Below the pieces are notes generated by a model. The model worked only from the letters and a program-made list of their open reading frames with translations. It did no database searches and was not told the DNA's origin. A DNA stretch of 64,000 nucleotides from a virus (lineage: Duplodnaviria; Caudoviricetes), in the IMG/VR virus record IMGVR_UViG_3300023714_000001. The stretch is one strand, 5' to 3'. Below are positions 30,223 through 39,341 of this stretch, piece after piece (within the stretch, counting starts at the first letter, position 1; each line of letters starts with the position of its first letter). The translations under genes and the position numbers were made by a program.

Positions 30223-32319
30223 TTGACGAAAAATGAAAAAGAGCTTTGGAATGATTACCAAAGCACAATGACAAACAATATGGCTGCGTCCAGAAGGGCA
30301 CGGTCGAAATTTATTGCAAAACACCCGGGAAAACAGCCAACGGCAGCTGACCTCATGGAATATGGTTATGATGTGAACGCAGCTGCAAATCAGCTCGCTC
30401 AAAAAAAGCAACGCCTTATCGATAATGGATTTACTATAAAAAATAATAAATGGTATGCCCCTGACGGAACAAATGTTTCCAATAAGGGGAAGTTTCAGCC
30501 ACAGGAATTATTTAGTGATCCTCCTGTGAGAGTAGATGGCAGGGGCGACACGTCGGGAAGCGGACAAAGTAATCCGTCAGCAGGCTCGTCGGGGAGCACG
30601 CCGGGCACGCAGTCGTCAAAATACCAGCAGGCGCGAGAAAAAGCACTGCAAGACATTCAGACATCGATTAATGATTACTTCACCGCATCCGAAAAAACAA
30701 AAGTCATCCCACAGATACAAAAAGCGGTAAGTGATTTAAAAAGCGTAAAAGACAGCAGTGTAAAAAAAGCCATTAGTGATTATTCCCTTAATGCGACGGA
30801 AGCGTCATCGTTACAGCAAGAAATTGACTCTCAGTTTGAATACAAAGTAACTGCTGCGTGGGAAAGGAGTTACAACAGCAAGCCTCGTGAAGCAGTTGCT
30901 GATCCGGAAAAGCATGTAAGTGATAACGAAGCTTATGATATAAGGAAAAAATATGCTGAAAACATAAAGGCCGCAAAACAGCATGTCACTAAAACCATAG
31001 AGTCTGCGCTTAACCAGTTCGAAATAAACAAGCAGCTTCCGACAGAAACGGTTTTTGACAATTACGTTAAAAACTACATTGATCAGGTTGCACACAAAAG
31101 CGAATTCTTCCCTGTTGATATGCAGGAAAAAGAAAGGGCCTGTATTAGCGACTATATCTATCAAGATGTTGGCGGCGATCTACTTAATAAATACCGCGAA
31201 CTTGCAAAAGGAGATAACCAGGTTACGGCTAAGACCCCTGGTGAAATAATAGCGAACGGTACGGGGAAAACAAATGAAGCTGTAAAACCGAAGGTTACAA
31301 GCTCGAATGTTTCTGGTTTTGCTAAAACTAACATATCGTTCTCTGGCTGTGACATGGTTATTACTGCCGAGATGGTAACAACAAAAGGTACTCCAGTATC
31401 TGTAATGGTCGGTGAGGCCCAGACCATCTCATATTCTATTTATCGTAAACTTAGCCCAATATTGAATATTGGAAATATAAACGCGAAAGATTATGTTGGC
31501 GGCCCGAGGACAATTGCCGGCAGTTTGGTTATGACTGTATTTAATCAGCATTGGGGAACGCAGCTTATCGATCAGTTTGCTAAAATTGAAGGTTATGCGT
31601 CATCCCGGAAGGTTTTAATGGATGAGCTGGCTCCGATGAATATAACCATCTCCATGGCAAATGAATATGGTATCTGCTCCAGACTCGCCATCTACAGTGT
31701 TCGCATATTCTCTGAAGGCCAGGTTATGTCAATCAATGACATATTCACCGAAAACACATTCCAGTATGTCGCTTTAAATATTGACTATCTTGCAGATGTA
31801 AATACAAAAGAAGATCTGGAGCCATTATATCGTGATGCGATTGCTGCAAGGGAAAAGATGACCGAAGAGGCTTCCAAAACCGGAATCGACAAAAGTGGTG
31901 ATAGCGGCAACACGCCGCCGAATCAAGGTGGTGGTGACAGCGTTACAAAAGACGGCAAGATAGAATTTGACCCCAATAAATCACAACAAAAAACACCGGC
32001 CCAGTCATCAACAGGACAAGATACAACAGGAACGTCACCCACAAAACCGAATGCAGGGACTTTTCCGGGGGCGAATGGAGAGTCCATTCCGTATGGGAAC
32101 AATAAACAGGAAGACTTGTTGAAAGCCGCAAAAAAATACGAACAATATATGGAAGACCTGCAAGAAAAATTAGCCAAGATACAAGATATCAAAGCGGCAA
32201 AAACAATCTATAAGGAAATTGACCGAATAAAAGGATGGTACACAAAGATTGTACGGCTAATAAGTGAACATTACGATATTCAGCCAATAGAGATTAGGAC
32301 GGATAAAGAGGAGGTATAA
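30223..32319 (+). CDS. Tube-domain protein with long N- and C-terminal extensions (tube initiator-like)
   Basis: Central FSGCD...RTIAGSLV...DELAPMNITISMANEYG is paralogous to the tail tube. Confidence 0.7.
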   Translation: MTKNEKELWNDYQSTMTNNMAASRRARSKFIAKHPGKQPTAADLMEYGYDVNAAANQLAQKKQRLIDNGFTIKNNKWYAPDGTNVSNKGKFQPQELFSDPPVRVDGRGDTSGSGQSNPSAGSSGSTPGTQSSKYQQAREKALQDIQTSINDYFTASEKTKVIPQIQKAVSDLKSVKDSSVKKAISDYSLNATEASSLQQEIDSQFEYKVTAAWERSYNSKPREAVADPEKHVSDNEAYDIRKKYAENIKAAKQHVTKTIESALNQFEINKQLPTETVFDNYVKNYIDQVAHKSEFFPVDMQEKERACISDYIYQDVGGDLLNKYRELAKGDNQVTAKTPGEIIANGTGKTNEAVKPKVTSSNVSGFAKTNISFSGCDMVITAEMVTTKGTPVSVMVGEAQTISYSIYRKLSPILNIGNINAKDYVGGPRTIAGSLVMTVFNQHWGTQLIDQFAKIEGYASSRKVLMDELAPMNITISMANEYGICSRLAIYSVRIFSEGQVMSINDIFTENTFQYVALNIDYLADVNTKEDLEPLYRDAIAAREKMTEEASKTGIDKSGDSGNTPPNQGGGDSVTKDGKIEFDPNKSQQKTPAQSSTGQDTTGTSPTKPNAGTFPGANGESIPYGNNKQEDLLKAAKKYEQYMEDLQEKLAKIQDIKAAKTIYKEIDRIKGWYTKIVRLISEHYDIQPIEIRTDKEEV

Positions 32320-32322
32320 TTT

Positions 32323-34122
32323 TTGCTTGTCAGAAACACAATTATGCCTGTAGAAATATATGGTAAGACGGTAAAAGCTATATATCTTGGAGATTATTAT
32401 GGGCATAGTAACATTGTCATTGAAGGCGTACCGAGTGAAGATATTATAATGGAAATCGAGGACGCAGCCGAAAAAACAAAAGATGATCCGGTTTTCAAAA
32501 ACCCGTGTATTGAAATCGAGGGGTTGGGACAAGGCACTTATACTATCTACACGACAACGGCTGACAAAAAAGATCGTTCGGCAGGATATACTTTTACAAT
32601 CACAGAAGACACGAAAGCGCAGAATGTTCAGCAGGCTGCAGAAATGTCAGGAGTGGCTGACGGTATTTATCTGCAAGAGACAGTAGAAGATATGTCTAAT
32701 AAGACAAATGTCGTTTTGTGGTTATGGAAAAGATACAATGAGGCGAAAAATAGTTACGATAAGGATGCTGTCGCGACAACACTGTTTACATACATTGAGC
32801 TGCTAAATAAAAGAATGCAAAAGTGCGGCTTTACATCAGAACCGTTTGTTATAGGGATGTTTAATGGCCAACTTAAAATGGATGGCGAGGCAAACCGGAT
32901 AATCAGACACAATTTGCTCAACAAAAAAACTGAGATGTTTACGCCCAAACCACTTCAAAGAGTCTTTACTGCACCAGAAGAAGATGGCGGTCTGTATCTG
33001 TATTTAGAAGTTAATGAAGACGGTATGCCAATAAATCTGGCATTGTCTTTTAAGCCGGATACAAAAACGATGGATTCCATCAAGAATAATTTGATCCAGC
33101 GAAATGAAAAATTACAAAGAGCTTTAGAAAGAACCATTGATTATCCGAGATCTTACCTTGAGTTTTCAGAAGATGAATTACAGTGGGTTTCTATAATAGA
33201 TAAACTTCGTGATGGTATTCCTGTATTTAGGGCGCCTGACCTTCAATATGAACACGGGATAATCACCATCACGCCCCACGAAGAAGATATAGGACTATTG
33301 GATTTTGTTAGCGGTAACCTATACCTTGCCATCAACGAACTAGAATATTGCTTAGAAAGTAATCGGCGCAGAATAAGTATGCAGCCTAATGAGTTCTATA
33401 TCTATAACGATAGTTTTGGTATCGGAACAGAACCGTATCTATATTGGATTGAAAACGAAGATGGAAAGGTATTGTCAGATATAAGAGTATTAAACCTGTC
33501 TGTAGACTCAGAGATGGGTGGTGTCGTGTACGATACAGATGATGCAAATTACATCAATGAAAGACTTCGGAAGTTAGAATTGTATCATTATAAAAAACAT
33601 CTTATCCCTATGGCTCAAAATAATACGACAACGCAATCTAATTTCGAAAAGATCACCGATGCTTTTTCAGTGTGCGAATCAGATGGGGAAACACAGCCGG
33701 CTGGAATAACAGACAGTATTCTCGATCGTAACCTTTTGCGGAGTAATATTCTGGATTTTGCGGAAGTCAGCAGGGCTGTAATGCGCGACAAAATCACCTA
33801 CAGCCGCTACGGTACAAATATTATAAAAGACCCGTTCTACTATCGCAGTAAACTCAATACGATCGTTCTTCCTATGGGGCAGGATGTGTTATACAAGATT
33901 GTGTCGTATGATTTTGAGAATGGACGGCAGGTTAAATACATCCCCGCGCAAAATCAAAGCACGCAAGAGTATAGGTTTAATAATGTAGAGTGGGCATATA
34001 TAACTGCATTTGACGCAAAAGACATGAGGACGTCCGGTTACATTATGCTTGACTTTAGTAAGCGAGGCGTATCTGCTAATGTGTACACTTATATGGCGGT
34101 AAATGTGGAGGTGGGTTATTAA
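32323..34122 (+). CDS. Hypothetical tail/baseplate protein
   Basis: 599-aa ORF with GAGGAGG SD, inside the tail operon. Confidence 0.55.
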   Translation: MLVRNTIMPVEIYGKTVKAIYLGDYYGHSNIVIEGVPSEDIIMEIEDAAEKTKDDPVFKNPCIEIEGLGQGTYTIYTTTADKKDRSAGYTFTITEDTKAQNVQQAAEMSGVADGIYLQETVEDMSNKTNVVLWLWKRYNEAKNSYDKDAVATTLFTYIELLNKRMQKCGFTSEPFVIGMFNGQLKMDGEANRIIRHNLLNKKTEMFTPKPLQRVFTAPEEDGGLYLYLEVNEDGMPINLALSFKPDTKTMDSIKNNLIQRNEKLQRALERTIDYPRSYLEFSEDELQWVSIIDKLRDGIPVFRAPDLQYEHGIITITPHEEDIGLLDFVSGNLYLAINELEYCLESNRRRISMQPNEFYIYNDSFGIGTEPYLYWIENEDGKVLSDIRVLNLSVDSEMGGVVYDTDDANYINERLRKLELYHYKKHLIPMAQNNTTTQSNFEKITDAFSVCESDGETQPAGITDSILDRNLLRSNILDFAEVSRAVMRDKITYSRYGTNIIKDPFYYRSKLNTIVLPMGQDVLYKIVSYDFENGRQVKYIPAQNQSTQEYRFNNVEWAYITAFDAKDMRTSGYIMLDFSKRGVSANVYTYMAVNVEVGY

Positions 34123-34733
34123 TGGCAAGCATAGTCAGTACATTTCAAAAAACAAATTCTTCAAGCCCGTACCCATCGGAAGTTATCAATAGAACCAATA
34201 TTTACAATTCTATGGGCGGCGACTTGGGATTCCGAAACGCATTTACCGTCCACAACTTAAATGGACGGAGATACTATTCATCAATCGACGCAGCGATTCT
34301 CTTTAATGGCCAGATGGTAGATGAAATCGTACAGATTCAGTGGACTATTGAAGAGCAGACAATGCCTCTGTTTGGATATAACAGTTATGTCTGGGACGAA
34401 ATCGCCAAAGGATCAAGAATTATTCGCGGGGCATTTGCAATAAACTTTGTTGTTCCGGACTACTTAAATATGATCCTGGAGAAGTCAATTAAGGACGGCA
34501 GCTTCAAAAACACAGGAAAGCAGACTGAGCCTAATAAACATTCTGCAATGTATTCTAATTCCTTTTCCATTGGCGTGGGGTATGGAAGCAAAGATGATAT
34601 TGTTGGGGAAACCCCGTGTATCATCTTAGAAAATGCAGTCATCCAGTCTTGCGGACAAGCACTGGATACACAGGGGGCAAACCTTGTAGAGATGTACCAG
34701 TTTATCGCTAGGGACAGGAGTTATTCAAGATAA
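34122..34733 (+). CDS. Third tail-tube-fold protein
   Basis: YYSSIDA...DEIVQIQWTIEEQTMPLFGY...GSRIIRGAFAI aligns loosely with the tube. Confidence 0.6.
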   Translation: MASIVSTFQKTNSSSPYPSEVINRTNIYNSMGGDLGFRNAFTVHNLNGRRYYSSIDAAILFNGQMVDEIVQIQWTIEEQTMPLFGYNSYVWDEIAKGSRIIRGAFAINFVVPDYLNMILEKSIKDGSFKNTGKQTEPNKHSAMYSNSFSIGVGYGSKDDIVGETPCIILENAVIQSCGQALDTQGANLVEMYQFIARDRSYSR

Positions 34734-34808
34734 AATGTAATAACCTTTTTCTCTTTAGTAATGTGTGCCACGTAGAGCATAACAATTAGAGAGAAAGAGG
34801 TTATTATT

Positions 34809-35957
34809 TTGCGCAAACTCGCATCTATTCAGGTTATTAAAAAAATTGAGCCAATCGAAGGTGCTGATCGCATCGAAAAAGCAACAGTTCTTGGTTGGCA
34901 CGTTGTAGTTCAAAAAGGACTTTATAAGGAAGGCGACCGCGTTGTCTATTTGGAAATCGATTCTGTTCTTCCGAAGGAACTTGCTGAACGGGCCGGATTC
35001 GCAGATAAGTATTTGAAGACACGTCGCTTTAAAGGTGTTTACTCCCAGGGCATGTGCGTCCCACTTACTGAGCTTTATCATACAAAATTTCCGTATGGCA
35101 GTGGCAGTGCGACAAACATTGTAGAGAAAGCTAAAGATGGGCGATGGGACGATATGAATGTGACCGAGTATCTCGGCATCACAAAGCACGAAGCTGATCA
35201 GCGCAACGACGATCAATGGTGGAAGAGACATCGTGCAGAAGCAAAGCCGCCCAAAAAATGGTATACAAAATTCCGTATTGGCCGTTGGTTTTGGAAAAAG
35301 TTCATCTATAAGCCGGTGTCGGGTCCGTTCCCAGCTGAGCTTGTGCCTAAGACAGACGAAACGCGCGTGCAGATTCTTGGAGATGTTCTGGAAAAATACA
35401 AAGGAATTCGTTGTCAGTATACGGAGAAACTGGATGGTTCTTCTATCACGTTTTGGAAGGACAAAAAAGATAAGCTGCATGTTTGCAGTCGAAACCGCGA
35501 ACTTTTCGACAAGACCGACTTTATGTACGCAACAATCGCAGAAAAGTATGCAGATAAATTCGGCTATGGTTTTGTATATCAGGGGGAAATTCTTGGGCCC
35601 AATATCCAGGGTAATAAGTATGGCGTAAGGGACTATCAGGTATATATTTATCAGGCATATTGCCCGGAAACGAAGGTATATCTTGCGCCAGAAGAACTAA
35701 GCGCACATCTTCAGGCTGCAGGTCTTCCGCAGGTTCCTATCCTTGGAGAGTTTGACCTTACTGACGATATTGACGCTCTCGTTGATATGTCTATTGGAAT
35801 GAGCGTCCTGGCAAGCCGAGGAAAAGATACGCAGCGCGAAGGTATCGTTATCCGCCCCTTGGAGAATATCGACGGATTGTATGATGGACGCTTTGTTGGC
35901 GGTCGCCTTTCTTTCAAGGCAATCAATCCTAAGTTTCTGGTAAAATACAATTTGTAA
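34809..35957 (+). CDS. RNA ligase (Rnl2/DRB0094-like)
   Basis: N-terminal RKLASIQ...IEGADRIE; nucleotidyltransferase motifs EKLDGSS, QGE, REGIV, FKAIN. Confidence 0.88.
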   Translation: MRKLASIQVIKKIEPIEGADRIEKATVLGWHVVVQKGLYKEGDRVVYLEIDSVLPKELAERAGFADKYLKTRRFKGVYSQGMCVPLTELYHTKFPYGSGSATNIVEKAKDGRWDDMNVTEYLGITKHEADQRNDDQWWKRHRAEAKPPKKWYTKFRIGRWFWKKFIYKPVSGPFPAELVPKTDETRVQILGDVLEKYKGIRCQYTEKLDGSSITFWKDKKDKLHVCSRNRELFDKTDFMYATIAEKYADKFGYGFVYQGEILGPNIQGNKYGVRDYQVYIYQAYCPETKVYLAPEELSAHLQAAGLPQVPILGEFDLTDDIDALVDMSIGMSVLASRGKDTQREGIVIRPLENIDGLYDGRFVGGRLSFKAINPKFLVKYNL

Positions 35958-35981
35958 GGAGAATAAAAACTTCTGCTAAAT

Positions 35982-36018
35982 AATAAAGACACCGAGCATA
36001 AAACTCGGTGTCTTTATT
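35982..36018. terminator. Bidirectional terminator
   Basis: aataaagacaccgag...ctcggtgtctttatt between convergent genes. Confidence 0.8.
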
Positions 36019-37327
36019 ATTTTAATCCGCCAGGTAAATCGCCATGCTTTTCCTGCCACTCTCTAAGAAAGTCATTATTTTCAGGTGTCTGTATTGTAGA
36101 ATCATCCACATGGTTGCGAATAGACTCTGATATTTTAAGCGGCTCAAAGATAAGGTCATAATTAGAAGCCGCATCTATAACGTCATCTCTGTATTGTGGG
36201 GCGCGAAGCACAATCCGGGTTGCCAGCGTTTTGAACGGCTCATCAGATAGATTGCTTTTAAGCATTGTTCTAAGGTATCCGCCCGAATTGATAGAATCTG
36301 GCGGGGTTCCTTTTTCTTGAAGTTTGCCTAAATTAATACAGGTCTCGAGAATGGCACGCCAGACTTTAGCCGGCTGTGACTGATACTTTGCTATTGATGT
36401 TTTACCAAACCCCAAGGACTCCATCTTCGAAGATAGGTAGTCCCAAGAAGGAACACCATATTCATCAAAAATAGCATAAACATGATGAGCTGGCAGCAAG
36501 GGCGTCGGCGCCGCATTTAATGCAACGACAAAGATGAATTCGGTAAGTCGCTGGCCGGGGACATTTGTTGTAATCTCATCTTCGTTCAAAATACGGAACT
36601 GAGATTTCGGCGAGGAGTTGATATCCTCAATAGCTTTTTGTATGACATTGCGCTTATAGTCATTAGGGCTGGCCAGCTTGAATTTTCCTGTCTTGGGATT
36701 AACAGGGGTAGGGACACGCAAACGAAGTTCTTTGTAAGATACCGTTATTCTGTATGGATACGGAGATTCGTTAATCTTTTCCTCCGCAACCCTTGCAGAG
36801 AGCCATTCATAAAATGGATAAGTGTAAGCACTGGAGCTTTGTTCATGGAATTCGTAATCCATTTGAAAAGCAGGGTTACACAACACATTCTCTATGTAAA
36901 AATCCTGATACTCTTTATTTATTGTAATGCGGACAAGTCCTTTGCTCTGATTTTGTTTAACCGAAGAAAGTATCCAGTACGTAGCTTTTTTAAACCCCTG
37001 ATTTCTTTCGGTGTTATGCTTGAAATGAACTGTAACATTGAGGGGGACTTTTGTCAGGTCGTCAAAGACCTTCTCGAAAGATTGGTAAAGAGAGTGCCAG
37101 CTTTTCACATTCTTGGCTACAGCCAGTTTGCGGAAATCTATATCAAAGGTGATGGGGACAGTTATATCTCCGCCATTTTCTACATAGTCTTGGATACCCT
37201 TACGAATAGCAACAATGAAGTCAGACTCATGTTTTGTTGTGGCGCGATTCGGGCTGCCTGCTGCAAGTTCTAGGCTAGAGAAAAGTGAAGTCTGCTCAAA
37301 ATGCTTTTCCAAAGATAACGCCTCCAA
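36017..37327 (-). CDS. Plasmid replication initiator (Rep_3/RepB-like)
   Basis: Tandem winged-helix pattern (SSAYTYPFYEWL...ELR...YKRNVIQKAIEDIN); adjacent to iterons and DnaA boxes. Confidence 0.75.
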   Translation of the reverse strand: MEALSLEKHFEQTSLFSSLELAAGSPNRATTKHESDFIVAIRKGIQDYVENGGDITVPITFDIDFRKLAVAKNVKSWHSLYQSFEKVFDDLTKVPLNVTVHFKHNTERNQGFKKATYWILSSVKQNQSKGLVRITINKEYQDFYIENVLCNPAFQMDYEFHEQSSSAYTYPFYEWLSARVAEEKINESPYPYRITVSYKELRLRVPTPVNPKTGKFKLASPNDYKRNVIQKAIEDINSSPKSQFRILNEDEITTNVPGQRLTEFIFVVALNAAPTPLLPAHHVYAIFDEYGVPSWDYLSSKMESLGFGKTSIAKYQSQPAKVWRAILETCINLGKLQEKGTPPDSINSGGYLRTMLKSNLSDEPFKTLATRIVLRAPQYRDDVIDAASNYDLIFEPLKISESIRNHVDDSTIQTPENNDFLREWQEKHGDLPGGLK

Positions 37328-37351
37328 TCAATAACTTCATTTACAAAAAAC

Positions 37352-37380
37352 ATATTAGCACGAGCAAATAATAAAATCAA
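37352..37380 (-). promoter_or_regulatory. sigmaA promoter of rep
   Basis: TTGATT-17 nt-TAATAT with extended TG on the minus strand; iteron-like site at 37389-37397 just upstream. Confidence 0.55.
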
Positions 37381-37479
37381 GAATAATTTTCGGAGGTTTT
37401 ATAAAGATAATAATAAAAGAAATAAGAAAAACATATAAGGCATGGTAATTTGCGCTAAACCCGCATGGAATAAGGGAAA

Positions 37480-37820
37480 ACCTCCGAGTTTTTTATAAAC
37501 CTCCGAGTTATAAATAGACTACCTCCGAGGAAAAAATCAACAACCTCCGAGTTTTGTATAACGACCTGCGAGTTTTTCATAGACCACTTGCGAGTTTTTC
37601 ATAAAAATATACATAACTCTGTGGATAACTATGTTGATAACTCACATAGAGTTGTGGATAAGTGTGCCGTATTGCCCATGCGTACAGGGGGTGTGGCGAT
37701 TTTAATGTAAAACTCGGAGGCTGAAGAAAAACGTTATAAATAACTCGGAGGCTGGATTATGTTATGTAAAACTCGGAGGTCGTTTTTTTGTATAACGCAT
37801 TTTATGTAAAACTCGGAAGT
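37480..37820. repeat. Iteron-type replication origin
   Basis: ACCTCCGAG at 37480, 37499, 37521, 37543 plus variants at 37564 and 37586 (about 22-bp period); DnaA boxes TGTGGATAA at 37620 and 37653 plus a 1-mismatch box at 37632; inverted copies AACTCGGAGG at 37711, 37742, 37770 and a variant at 37810. Confidence 0.85.
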
Positions 37821-37897
37821 TAGTGTTGGATTATCTTGTTAATAACAGTAATGTACGAACTAGCAAATAAGAACATATAGTTTTTGTGGAGGAAATA

Positions 37898-38347
37898 ATG
37901 AGTAAGGAAAAAGATACCAATATTGACGAGCAGGCTGAAATTGCAGCTCTTGAAGCAGAAGCACTGAAGGAAGAACAGCCGTCAGAATCTGAGCAGGTAG
38001 CAGATGAATTGCCGGTGATCCCTGGCACGACAGTAACGGCAGCTGAACTCGATAAATTTAAGCAGGAGTACAAAAAAGTGTTCCTGACGGATTATATGGG
38101 TAAGCGTTATCTGTGGCATCGTCTCAACCGTAAGAAGTTTGGCGAAATTTGCGATGCCACAGAAGATATCAAGGATGATGACGAGCTCCTGTCCGCCCGC
38201 GAAAAAGAATTCGTAAAAGCGTGCGTTCTGTATCCGGGTGCAGAAGAGGTTGCAGAAGACGTTGAGGACGAGATGATTTCTTCCCGTATCTCCAGAGAAA
38301 TCCTTTTCAAATCCGGTTTCTATCAGCCGACCACGGTAGAGCTGTAA
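37898..38347 (+). CDS. Putative tail assembly chaperone
   Basis: ATG after GGAGG; acidic N-terminus; YLWHRLNRKKF...CVLYP. Confidence 0.6.
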   Translation: MSKEKDTNIDEQAEIAALEAEALKEEQPSESEQVADELPVIPGTTVTAAELDKFKQEYKKVFLTDYMGKRYLWHRLNRKKFGEICDATEDIKDDDELLSAREKEFVKACVLYPGAEEVAEDVEDEMISSRISREILFKSGFYQPTTVEL

Positions 38348-38354
38348 TCGCGAG

Positions 38355-39338
38355 GTGATTCCCATGAAGATGAAAACGGGTGGGATGGCCAAACAGCAGC
38401 CTCACGAAGTAGACCTGAAGGAACTGTATGAGCAGTACCTTGACAAATATGGTCAAGTATTTATGCATGATTTTGGTGAGAATGGCGTTTTCATATTCAA
38501 AAGTCTTGGACGGAAAGATTTTCGGGAGTTACGCGATTCGGACGCCATCAACGATTATGCTAAAGAAGAAATTATCTGCGAGCAGTGCGTTCTTTATCCT
38601 AAAGGGTTTGACTTTGAGAATTGCGATGAAGCTGGTCTTCCCACGCAGCTTGCCAATTTAATTTTAGAAAAATCCCTGTTAAAGAGTAGCGACCAGCTTG
38701 CGAAAGCTATTCACTATTTTCGCGACAGATTGTGGGATACGACAGATGAACAGCTGACGTGTATAATTCACGAGGCGTTTCCGGAATACACAATCGAAGA
38801 GATTGCGAACTGGGATGTCATGAAAACCGCGGAATATATGACAAAAGCCGAATATATCCTGCATAAGCTTCGCGGCATCCCATTGACAGATACGCAGGGC
38901 AATGAAGTAGAGTACGTTCCGCCCAGTGTGCGTCAAGAGGTGCAGCAGCCACCGCAGAATAACATACCTACACAAACAATGGAAGAACGCTTTGCGAAAG
39001 TTGATAATGTGCCTGCACCAAAAATGGATCGCAACGAAGTGCTTAGACCCAAAAAGCAGCCACAACAACCAGCCCCGGTCCGAAACGGCAAGGATAAGCA
39101 AGCGAGACTTGCACAGCTCAGGCATTTGCAGCAGGTGGCTCCTATCGACCCGAACACAGGAATGGCTATCGACTGGGCAAATGATTCTGTTATGCAAAAT
39201 GGTTTTGATGCTCTGCGCAACCAGAGTTTTGACGATAGGCCGATCGCGGAAATCCCAATCGATGATTCGGAAGAAGGCATGAATGCAATTCCTGAAGCAC
39301 TTAGAAGTAGATTCAAAGTTATCAAACAAGAGGACTAA
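38355..39338 (+). CDS. Second chaperone-like protein (paralog of the previous gene)
   Basis: FIFKSLGRKDF...CVLYP shared with 37898..38347; start codon uncertain. Confidence 0.55.
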   Translation: MIPMKMKTGGMAKQQPHEVDLKELYEQYLDKYGQVFMHDFGENGVFIFKSLGRKDFRELRDSDAINDYAKEEIICEQCVLYPKGFDFENCDEAGLPTQLANLILEKSLLKSSDQLAKAIHYFRDRLWDTTDEQLTCIIHEAFPEYTIEEIANWDVMKTAEYMTKAEYILHKLRGIPLTDTQGNEVEYVPPSVRQEVQQPPQNNIPTQTMEERFAKVDNVPAPKMDRNEVLRPKKQPQQPAPVRNGKDKQARLAQLRHLQQVAPIDPNTGMAIDWANDSVMQNGFDALRNQSFDDRPIAEIPIDDSEEGMNAIPEALRSRFKVIKQED

Positions 39339-39341
39339 TGA

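Noticed and set aside
37480-37820. Possible CRISPR array
   Set aside because: Repeats are only 9-11 bp with about 22-bp period, occur in both orientations, and flank DnaA boxes beside rep; no cas genes are present
37898-39338. Programmed frameshift joining the two chaperone genes
   Set aside because: The second gene has its own SD and repeats the first gene's domain; no convincing slippery heptamer was seen near the first stop
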